A stretch of 64,000 bases of DNA from Prevotella sp. GTDB taxonomy: Bacteria; Bacteroidota; Bacteroidia; Bacteroidales; Bacteroidaceae. The stretch's first letter is position 1. Every line of letters begins with the position of its first letter. A program made the translations under genes and the position numbers. Below are positions 30,006 through 37,731 of this stretch, piece by piece. The stretch is taken from positions 9,240-73,239 of the forward strand of contig JAFULM010000011.1 in the NCBI GenBank assembly GCA_017483185.1. The letters are read 5' to 3'. Below the pieces are notes generated by a model. The model was given only the letters and a program-made list of their open reading frames with translations. It ran no database searches and was not told the origin of the DNA.

Positions 30006-31358
30006 ATGAAAAAGTTTACATTATTGTTTGCAGCTTTTGCCATTTCTGTTTGTGCAGATGCTCAGACGAGTTTTGACGGTTGGTCAAAAATGAAAAAAGA
30101 TCTTTGTTCTAAGAACTCTCTTAAATTAGAGAAGCCTTTCAGTGTGACATCTATAAGCAATTCTACGGTAATGTCACAACCCTTGAACAAGGTGAAAGGT
30201 GCTAAGATGGCATCAAAGACAATTTCCCGTGAAGAAGAGCAACTGACTGCAGAGGCTGCTTATTTTAGTGGAGCAGTTTTGGGAACTTATTATCCATTCT
30301 CAATGGGTGTGACTATGGTTAATGCAGCTGTGGCTTATGGATCTAATGAAGTATATGTTCTTCCTTATGGTGATTTGAGTGAATATCTTTCTTTCATTGC
30401 TGGTAAAATAGAGGAAGAGCCGAATAGATTTTCTGAGGCAGGTGTTGATTCTTTGACTTTTGTCAATGGCCAAGTTGTGGGAGGGCTTACTTCTGGTGTG
30501 GAACTCTGCATTTATGATTGTGATGTCACTGGCTCTGGTCAAACAGGATTCACGGCTGTTCCCAGTCAAGCACCAACCTTTGGCGGATATTATGTCCGTT
30601 CTACAGGGGAGGTGATAATTCCTGCAATGGTTGGTGTGTTTGCAAAAGGAACAACGGATTTGTATACAGATGTATATATGGATCTTGATGTATATCCTGA
30701 AACATATTTCATGGAGTCTATTTATCTGGCAACTGCTAGCGCAAATGATTATTTTGATGACAATAAAGTTGTAACATCAGATCCAAAGTATCCTGTTCTT
30801 GCCTATATAGGTAATGATGGTTTCTATGTACGTGGTGGTAATTTGTCAGCAGGTGTTGGAAATGAGTGGCTGAGTGTTACTCCGGCTAGCGATGGTTCTT
30901 CTAATTATGCGGTAACAGAGAATCAATATATCAACACTTTTGGGTTTACTAATAAAGATGGAAGTAAATTTTCTGCTGATTGCGTAACACAACCAATAGG
31001 CTCTGATTTGCGTGGAAAAGATGAAATGCTTGTCGGAATGTCAATGGATGCTCAGTATAATATTACTCTTTCTGCTTTGAATGGCGAAATGTTGGGCGGT
31101 TTTCTTTATGGAGAGGATTTCATTAATGACGAAAGTAGAGCAGGTTATTATAATGCATTGTCAAATTGGAAAGTATTGATCTCTTCGGATCTTTTAGTTA
31201 ATGGCATCAAGGGTGTGAGCACCGAGTCTGGCAAGGTTGCTGCAAAGGAATATTTCGACCTCTCTGGCCGCAAGGTTGAGAACACAACCAAGGGTCTCGT
31301 TATCGAGAAGGTCAGATATACTGACGGTAAGACCGTTAGCCGCAAGGTGGTTAAGTAA
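30006..31358 (+). CDS. Secreted protein with T9SS-type C-terminal domain
   Basis: Signal peptide; C-terminus YFDLSGRKV...KGLVIEKV...DGKTVSRKVVK. Confidence 0.8.
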   Translation: MKKFTLLFAAFAISVCADAQTSFDGWSKMKKDLCSKNSLKLEKPFSVTSISNSTVMSQPLNKVKGAKMASKTISREEEQLTAEAAYFSGAVLGTYYPFSMGVTMVNAAVAYGSNEVYVLPYGDLSEYLSFIAGKIEEEPNRFSEAGVDSLTFVNGQVVGGLTSGVELCIYDCDVTGSGQTGFTAVPSQAPTFGGYYVRSTGEVIIPAMVGVFAKGTTDLYTDVYMDLDVYPETYFMESIYLATASANDYFDDNKVVTSDPKYPVLAYIGNDGFYVRGGNLSAGVGNEWLSVTPASDGSSNYAVTENQYINTFGFTNKDGSKFSADCVTQPIGSDLRGKDEMLVGMSMDAQYNITLSALNGEMLGGFLYGEDFINDESRAGYYNALSNWKVLISSDLLVNGIKGVSTESGKVAAKEYFDLSGRKVENTTKGLVIEKVRYTDGKTVSRKVVK

Positions 31359-31398
31359 GCGATAGACACGCACAAAACAGACAATCATATATTTGAAG

Positions 31399-31440
31399 AA
31401 AACGGGCGGACTGCAAAACTGCAGTCCGCCCGTTCTTTTG
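31399..31440 (+). terminator. Intrinsic terminator
   Basis: aacgggcggactgca-aaac-tgcagtccgcccgtt-ctttt. Confidence 0.85.
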
Positions 31441-31717
31441 TATTGCTTGGCACATGTGCTCCGGACAAAATAAGATTATGTCTCTACATGTGATATTATG
31501 GAGGAGTGAAATTGTGTGGAGAAACGAACTTGTGTGGAGGAATGAGATTATGTGAATAGTTGACCGTCATTTGTCTTTTTGCTTGTGTCATACCAGTTTC
31601 ATTTTAGCTGGTTGTATGTTAAATAGTAGAAAAATCGCCATTATTCTTTTGGAAAAGTTTTGTGAATAATAGAAATTTTGCTATTTTTGCATTGTGAAAT
31701 AACAAATACACTAAAGA

Positions 31718-31897
31718 ATGAAGAGCAGTGAATTACATAGAAGATTTATCAAGGCCGGTTACCGATTCGACCATGCGGAGGGAAGTCACTACTTCTACAT
31801 CAAGGATGGACAGTTGACCGAACCAATCCCGTATCACGGGTCAAAAGAAATGTTCCAACCACTTGCAAACAAACTGATTAAAAAGTACGGAGTGTAA
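31718..31897 (+). CDS. hicA: HicA-family toxin (59 aa, below the ORF-track cutoff)
   Basis: Read manually: MKSSELHRRFIKAGYRFDHAEGSHYFYIKDGQLTEPIPYHGSKEMFQPLANKLIKKYGV; GSH and IPYH motifs. Confidence 0.88.
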   Translation: MKSSELHRRFIKAGYRFDHAEGSHYFYIKDGQLTEPIPYHGSKEMFQPLANKLIKKYGV

Positions 31898-31950
31898 GAG
31901 TTCCGTGCTTTGAAACAAAATAAAGTCTAACCCAAAAGAACCAAAGAGTC

Positions 31951-32349
31951 ATGGAAAAGATTATAATGATTGTAGGAGCATCAAAGGATATGTTAAACGC
32001 ATATTCAGACAACTGCGACGGTATCTACGCAGGAGGTGATACCATTGAGGAGGTTAAAGCAGATACTGCGGAGGCAATACGTTTAATCAAGAAGAACTTG
32101 CCTGAAGACAGATGGCCGGAACAAATCAAGGGCGACTATGAAATAGAATGGCGATTCGACGTTCAAAGTTTTCTTGAATATTACTCAGGTTTTATGTCTC
32201 TTGCCGGTATGGAGAAGATGACAGGTATCAATCAGAAGCAACTGTCCAACTATCTCAATCATCGTGCCGTACCTCGCAGAAAACAAGCTGATCGCATCCT
32301 TACGGGTATTCATCGTTTTGCACAAGAACTGTTGAGCATAACACTCTGA
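31951..32349 (+). CDS. hicB: HicB-family antitoxin with C-terminal HTH
   Basis: GIYAGGDTIEEVK, TGINQKQLSNY; directly downstream of hicA. Confidence 0.88.
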   Translation: MEKIIMIVGASKDMLNAYSDNCDGIYAGGDTIEEVKADTAEAIRLIKKNLPEDRWPEQIKGDYEIEWRFDVQSFLEYYSGFMSLAGMEKMTGINQKQLSNYLNHRAVPRRKQADRILTGIHRFAQELLSITL

Positions 32350-32471
32350 TTTGTTATTTGACAAAAACAATCAGTGTTGCCGGAGTAGAAATACTTCGGC
32401 TTTTCTTTGTATGACGGGCATGTCATACATCTATGGTGAAATTGCGACCATGTTTGCGGATAGACTCTCTG

Positions 32472-33494
32472 TCATTCTTTTTGTGCGTTTTTGGTGACGT
32501 TTGTGTTGTCGGGAATTTCTTTCAGTCTGCTGATTCTTTCGTCAATCAGCTGCTTGTACCGTTCTTTCAGTTCTTCTGTGATGAATGACGAGTCTATGAC
32601 CATGTTCCACCCGTCGCGGCATCCTATGAGTTTGTTGACGATATTCTCTGCGATTTTTTGTTCTATTCCGGATGCTTTCATGGCGTCGATGAATGACGGG
32701 CGCGAGAAGCCGGTGTTCACCTCACTGTTGTCTGCTCCGGCCCCGACGAGCGGCATGGCGAGTTCGTCACGGTCGTTTATGCCGGTGAGCAATACGGACA
32801 GGAGGTCGTATGATGGGGAGAGGCGGTAGCCGATGCCGTCAGTCTCAATCAGAGAGAAGTTCTTGCAGTGCATGTCCGAGTTGCCGGTCATCCACGAGAA
32901 TATGACGACGGTCCAAAAGCGCTGCACGTCGAGCATGGGCGAGGCCGAATATCGTTTGATTGTTTCGGCCAGTTGCAGATAAGCCCCTCTGTATTTATGT
33001 TCCGTCAGCCTGTTGGTCAGTTGACAGAAGTCGAGCATGGACAGTTTACGGCCTTTCTTGTCCCTGTCCATGCGTCTGGTGATGTATGCCAGTTCCCCGT
33101 CTCCCATTCTTATCAGTCCGTGTCTGGCGGTCTCGATGCCGGCAGCTTCGGCCATCTTCATTGTCAGGTCCTCCAGCTCCGGCATGGCCGTGTATGTCGG
33201 ACTTTGCGGTTTCAGGATGAAGTTACCCCATAGTCCGACGATGGTCAGCTTGTCCGGTTCGTTCTTTCCGCCGCGGTTTATGTCCAATGAGAGTTTCGGC
33301 TGTACGCCGGTGACGGAAGTGCTCTTTTCGAGTATTTGCAGGGCGAGTGCCTCTATGTTGTCTCTGGTGTATTGCAGTTCCGGGATCTTCCGCGTTCCGA
33401 ACAGCTTCTGCGCGCAGGCCGGATGATAGTCTCCAGTGGTCTCCTGTCCGATATCCCTGTAGCAGCATAGACATTTTTTAGTTTGTTTCTCCAT
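32472..33494 (-). CDS. HipA-type kinase toxin (HipT-like)
   Basis: SVTGVQPKL, FILKP, GNSDMHCKNFS, SPSYDLL kinase motifs. Confidence 0.9.
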   Translation of the reverse strand: MEKQTKKCLCCYRDIGQETTGDYHPACAQKLFGTRKIPELQYTRDNIEALALQILEKSTSVTGVQPKLSLDINRGGKNEPDKLTIVGLWGNFILKPQSPTYTAMPELEDLTMKMAEAAGIETARHGLIRMGDGELAYITRRMDRDKKGRKLSMLDFCQLTNRLTEHKYRGAYLQLAETIKRYSASPMLDVQRFWTVVIFSWMTGNSDMHCKNFSLIETDGIGYRLSPSYDLLSVLLTGINDRDELAMPLVGAGADNSEVNTGFSRPSFIDAMKASGIEQKIAENIVNKLIGCRDGWNMVIDSSFITEELKERYKQLIDERISRLKEIPDNTNVTKNAQKE

Positions 33495-33804
33495 ATTCTC
33501 TCACGCTTATGTTTCCGATGCAGTCTTTACAGCACGTGACCAAAAGTTTCATCCGGTCACGCGGGTTTATCTTCCATGTCTTGTCTACGATGTCGAGCAT
33601 CCAGCCTTCCGGTATCAGGCCGTCAAAGACAGGGAAGAGAAACTCCTTCTCAAACACCTCCTCTTGAAGAGGCATTGTGGGGCTTAGTGGCACAGCCCCC
33701 TCGCTTTTGATATATTTCTCGTCATATCTGAATGTATATCCGTCAGAGTTCTCGACGAGTGTGCCGCAGAAGCGGTCGTTGATGTAAATGTTTGCCCGTG
33801 TCAT
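33478..33804 (-). CDS. HipA N-terminal domain protein (HipS-like)
   Basis: YTFRYD, LSPTMP, FPVFDGLIPEGW, DCIGNISV. Confidence 0.88.
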   Translation of the reverse strand: MTRANIYINDRFCGTLVENSDGYTFRYDEKYIKSEGAVPLSPTMPLQEEVFEKEFLFPVFDGLIPEGWMLDIVDKTWKINPRDRMKLLVTCCKDCIGNISVREYGETN

Positions 33805-34001
33805 AGCAGTTTCATTTTAGCCGGTTGCAGCTCTTCCCCGAACAGATAGAGCACTTGGTTGACCTTGTCCATCTGTACCGTGGTCTTGCCCCGTTCCAGT
33901 TCTCTGATGAATCTTATTCCTACGCCCGTCCGCTCGGATAGTTCAATCTGAGTGAGGTGGAACAGTTTTCTTTTGGCGCGGATGTATTCTCCTATTTCCA
34001 T
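33801..34001 (-). CDS. HipB-like XRE HTH regulator
   Basis: LTQIELSERTGVGIRFIRELERGK; translationally coupled to the next gene. Confidence 0.88.
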   Translation of the reverse strand: MEIGEYIRAKRKLFHLTQIELSERTGVGIRFIRELERGKTTVQMDKVNQVLYLFGEELQPAKMKLL

Positions 34002-34041
34002 AAGCCGGTTGGTTTCTGATTATGTTGTTTGAATGTTAACC

Positions 34042-34175
34042 CCCGTACGGGTATAAAACAATCATACAGACTGAATATTAGTCCCGTGCGGGTATAAAAC
34101 CGTTGTCAGGGCCGCGTAATAAGCCCTTACGGGTACAAAGATACATAAAAAGACCGAATATTGTACCCGCAAGGG
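34042..34175. promoter_or_regulatory. Four CCC-N4-GGG operator-like palindromes in the hip promoter
   Basis: cccgtacggg 34042, cccgtgcggg 34083, cccttacggg 34124, cccgcaaggg 34166; minus-strand TATCTTTG at 34136-34143. Confidence 0.7.
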
Positions 34176-34236
34176 GTTATTTCTTTGGATTTTATTGTGC
34201 TTTTACTGTTGGTGGGATGGTGTTGGGCAGACGTCT

Positions 34237-34352
34237 TATCCTCGAAAAAGTGTGGTGGAATGGTTGATATATCCTCGAAAAAGTGTGTTAAAATGACAAA
34301 TGTATCCTCGAAAAAGTGTGTTAAAACGACGAATATATCCTCGAAAAAGTGT
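34237..34352 (+). repeat. TATCCTCGAAAAAGTGT, 4 copies at 33-bp period
   Basis: Starts at 34237, 34270, 34303, 34336; last copy runs into a TATCTTTG -7 element. Confidence 0.9.
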
Positions 34353-34397
34353 ATCTTTGCATCGTAAGTATGTTGATTTAAAGGTGTTTAGCTTATT

Positions 34398-35711
34398 ATG
34401 AAACGGAAGATAATAAAACAGCTGAGAGAGTGGAAAGAATCATCTCATCGGAAACCGCTCGTTCTTCTTGGAGCGCGTCAGGTGGGGAAGACGTGGATGA
34501 TGAAGCATTTCGGAGAGCTTGAATTTGAAAATGTGGCTTATGTCAATTGCGATGAAGAGCCGTTGGCAAAGGATTTGTTTGAGTCAGATTATGACATACC
34601 GAGGATTCTGCTCATGCTTCAGGCCATCACCGGCACGCGGGTGGAGGCCGGCCGGACGTTGATCATATTTGACGAGCTTCAGGAAGTGAGGCGCGGGCTG
34701 CACTGTCTGAAATATTTTCAAGAGAACGCTCCTGAGTATCATGTGATTGCGGCCGGTTCGCTGCTCGGGGTCACTATCGGCCGTGGCGAATCCTTTCCGG
34801 TGGGAAAGGTTAACATGCTCAACATGTATCCGATGGATTTCGAGGAGTTTCTGATGGCTACGGACAATGTCCCGTTGTGTGAACTGCTACATCACCCGGG
34901 GTGGGAGATGACCGACGTGCTCCGCGTGAAATACATAGAACTTCTCCGCCAGTATTATTTTGTCGGCGGCATGCCGGAAGTTGTTGCCGGATATATCGCA
35001 GATCATGACCTGAAGGAAGTGCGCCTCAGGCAGCGTGAGATACTTGACGCTTACAGGCGTGACATATCCAAGCATACGACGGCGACAGAGACGGTCCGTA
35101 TCGGACAGGTTCTGGGTTCGCTTCCTTCGCAGCTGGCCAAGGAAAACAAGAAGTTCATTTATAATGTAATCAAGAAGGGTGCGCGGGCAGCGGAATATGG
35201 ACTTGCCATACAGTGGCTGATCGATGCCGGCATAGTGCATAAGGTCTGCCGTGTCAAGGAGCTGCAGATGCCGGTAAAGTTTTATGAAGACCTCGGGGCG
35301 TTCAAGCTCTTCTTGCTTGACTGCGGATTGTTGGGTTGTATGGTCGGGGCTCCGGCCAGTCAGATGCTGGTCGGTGACAATGTGTTCACGGAGTTCAAGG
35401 GTGCCTTCACGGAGCAGTTCGCCCTTCAGCAGCTTGCCGCGATGGACGTTCCGGTCTATTATTGGAGCAGTGAGACGACGTCGGCCGAGATTGATTTTGT
35501 GATACAGACGGACGAACGGGTTATCCCTGTTGAAGTCAAAGCGGAAGTGAATGTCAGGGCGCGATCGATGGCTGAATATATAAAGAGTCATCCGGCTCAG
35601 AACCTGAAAGGTCTGCGCATATCCATGCTTGGCTATCGTGACCAAGAGTGGATGGAGAACATCCCGCTGTATGGTGTACAGAAGTATTTTGATGCGGCAG
35701 CGGAAGAGTGA
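34398..35711 (+). CDS. AAA_14 / DUF4143 family ATP-binding protein
   Basis: LGARQVGKT Walker A, IIFDELQ Walker B, AAGSLLG, VGGMP, C-terminal EIDFV...IPVEVK. Confidence 0.9.
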   Translation: MKRKIIKQLREWKESSHRKPLVLLGARQVGKTWMMKHFGELEFENVAYVNCDEEPLAKDLFESDYDIPRILLMLQAITGTRVEAGRTLIIFDELQEVRRGLHCLKYFQENAPEYHVIAAGSLLGVTIGRGESFPVGKVNMLNMYPMDFEEFLMATDNVPLCELLHHPGWEMTDVLRVKYIELLRQYYFVGGMPEVVAGYIADHDLKEVRLRQREILDAYRRDISKHTTATETVRIGQVLGSLPSQLAKENKKFIYNVIKKGARAAEYGLAIQWLIDAGIVHKVCRVKELQMPVKFYEDLGAFKLFLLDCGLLGCMVGAPASQMLVGDNVFTEFKGAFTEQFALQQLAAMDVPVYYWSSETTSAEIDFVIQTDERVIPVEVKAEVNVRARSMAEYIKSHPAQNLKGLRISMLGYRDQEWMENIPLYGVQKYFDAAAEE

Positions 35712-35989
35712 GGAAATAGCCTCGTACTCTCAATTTATAGAATTTTCACTTCCCCCCCCCGGTATATGGATTCCCTCGTTTGACGGGAGTGGCGGAAGCG
35801 ACTGTTTATATACTGTAAAGTTCATCCGGCATGTAGGAAGACAAAATATGGTCGCGACCGCTTCCGTGCCAGTTTATTCAATCTTTCGGTCGGGTGATAT
35901 TTGTGTGATTTTTATTGGTGGTTGTGCGGTTGCCTTCGTGGCACGGAGGCGGTCGCGACCCTACTTTGTTATTCCGGATGACCCATCTT

Positions 35990-36510
35990 AAATTCTTACA
36001 AAATTCTGTATGCAAAAAATCCCGTTTTTGCTCGTTTTCGTCGTGTTTCTGATGCCGTAAGGGCCCCGTTGGTCCGGGGCGATGATCGCCGGCCGCCGGA
36101 TTTTTGAAGTGTCGGTAAGCCGGGAGGGCCTTACGGCTCTTCCGGAACGAAGATTTTGCAAGGTTTTTGCTTACTGATTTTGTCCGAAAAAGCCGCCGTT
36201 TTTCTGCCGTAAGGCCCTTATTGGTCTGCGACGGGGCCGCTTTCGTCGTGCAACGGCAGCCTTGTTGCAATGCCGCGGGGGCCCCGTTGCAGACCAATAA
36301 GGGCCTTACGGCAGACCCGCCGCGGCGCCGTTGTTTTCCGGCGGGGATGAAGCTGTCTGTAAATAACTGAAGATGAGTCGGTTGCAGAATTTGTAAAGAT
36401 TGCGTCACGAAGACCCCTAAATTTTGATACGCGCGTGTTTGCGATATTTTGAGGCAGGGAAAGAAAAAATCAGAAAGTCCCCATTCTCGCGGGCTTAAAA
36501 ACAGGAAAAA
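35990..36510 (-). repeat. Dispersed ~520-bp element with phased 17-bp palindromes, copy 3 (inverted, most diverged)
   Basis: Palindromes at 36295, 36273, 36251, 36229, 36207, 36120, 36055. Confidence 0.75.
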
Positions 36511-36579
36511 TCAGGACAAGTGGCGGGGCCCTCGGGCCTTCCCCAAGCTACTCTCTGCACACATTTTCCTGTTTATACC

Positions 36580-36787
36580 AACACGACATGCCCTTTTGAA
36601 AGTCTTTAAGTGGGGTAATCTCACTCCCCTCCTTTCCAAGGAGGGGTTAGGGGTGGTTGAACAATAACTTTCTGTAAATCATTATTTTAAATAACGGTTG
36701 GTGACTAACCACCCCTAAGAATGTGGTTCTGCAACACCCTCAGTGAGATTACCCCACTTAAAGACATTCAAAAGGGCATGTCGTGTT
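36580..36787. mobile_element. MITE-like element with 46-bp terminal inverted repeats
   Basis: aacacgacatgcccttttgaaagtctttaagtggggtaatctcact (36580-36625) vs its reverse complement at 36742-36787, one mismatch. Confidence 0.65.
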
Positions 36788-36889
36788 TGCGCTTTCTCCG
36801 CGTCTTTGCGCACTTTGCGTTAAAATATAAAATCTCTGTGTCTCCGTGTCTCCGTGTTCAAAATATAAACGAATTGTTGCGACATACTT

Positions 36890-36959
36890 ACCATCTACCA
36901 TCTGACATCTACCATCTAACATTTACCATCTACCATTTACCATCTCCCATCTCCCATCT
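36890..36959. repeat. 7-bp tandem repeat ACCATCT, about 10 units
   Basis: accatct accatct gacatct accatct aacattt... Confidence 0.85.
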
Positions 36960-36997
36960 CCCCCCCCCGCAGGCACCCTCCCCTTGGGGAGGGCCGG

Positions 36998-37092
36998 GGT
37001 GGGGCCTTTCCTTGGTGGGGCCTTTCCTTGGTGGGGCCTTTCCTTGGTGGGGCCTCTCCTTGGATAAGCCTCCCCTTGGTGAGGCCTCTCCT
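36998..37092. repeat. 16-bp tandem repeat GGTGGGGCCTTTCCTT, about 6 units, decaying rightwards
   Basis: Units at 36998, 37014, 37030, 37046, 37062, 37078. Confidence 0.85.
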
Positions 37093-37197
37093 CCGCTTTT
37101 TTCGCCGTTTTGTTACTTTTTCCACGAAAAACGTGGCTGATTATCAATTAATTGTTTAATTTTGCAAACGTATTTAAAGAAATAACATATAGACTAT

Positions 37198-37683
37198 ATG
37201 AGAAAATTTATTGCAACAGCTGTCCTTGCATTGACTTTTGCCCTCAATGCCTCAGCCCAACTGCCATCGGTGACGCTGAAGGACATCACGGGTAAAACCG
37301 TGCGCACGGACACACTCTCGAACGACGGCAAACCGTTCATCATCTCCTTCTTTGCCACATGGTGCAAACCCTGCAACCGCGAGCTCACCGCCATCAGCGA
37401 GGTCTACGACGAGTGGCGTGAGGAGACCGGAGTCAAGGTCATCGCCGTCAGCATCGATCAGGCGCAGAACATCAACAAGGTCAAGCCCCTCGTGGACAAC
37501 AACGGCTGGGAATATGACGTACTGCTCGACCCCAACAGCGACCTCAAGCGTGCGCTGGGTATCCAGATGATTCCCTACGTCCTCATCGTCGACGGCAAGG
37601 GCAACATCGTCTACAAGCACAACGGCTACACCGACGGTGCCGAGGTCGAACTGATAGAGAAGGTGCGCGAACTGCAGAAATAA
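37198..37683 (+). CDS. TlpA-family thiol-disulfide oxidoreductase, exported
   Basis: Signal peptide, FFATWCKPC, IAVSID, IPYVLIVDGKG. Confidence 0.92.
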   Translation: MRKFIATAVLALTFALNASAQLPSVTLKDITGKTVRTDTLSNDGKPFIISFFATWCKPCNRELTAISEVYDEWREETGVKVIAVSIDQAQNINKVKPLVDNNGWEYDVLLDPNSDLKRALGIQMIPYVLIVDGKGNIVYKHNGYTDGAEVELIEKVRELQK

Positions 37684-37731
37684 GCCGACGTAAACGATTT
37701 GACAGCAACGATAATGATATCCAAAAGAATA

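Noticed and set aside
31494-31556. Weak ~18-bp periodicity (tgtgtggag units)
   Set aside because: Only two good copies; too degenerate to support a call
34237-34352. CRISPR call for the 33-bp array
   Set aside because: 17-bp repeat and 16-bp related spacers are too short, and the array overlaps a promoter; kept as an operator-like array
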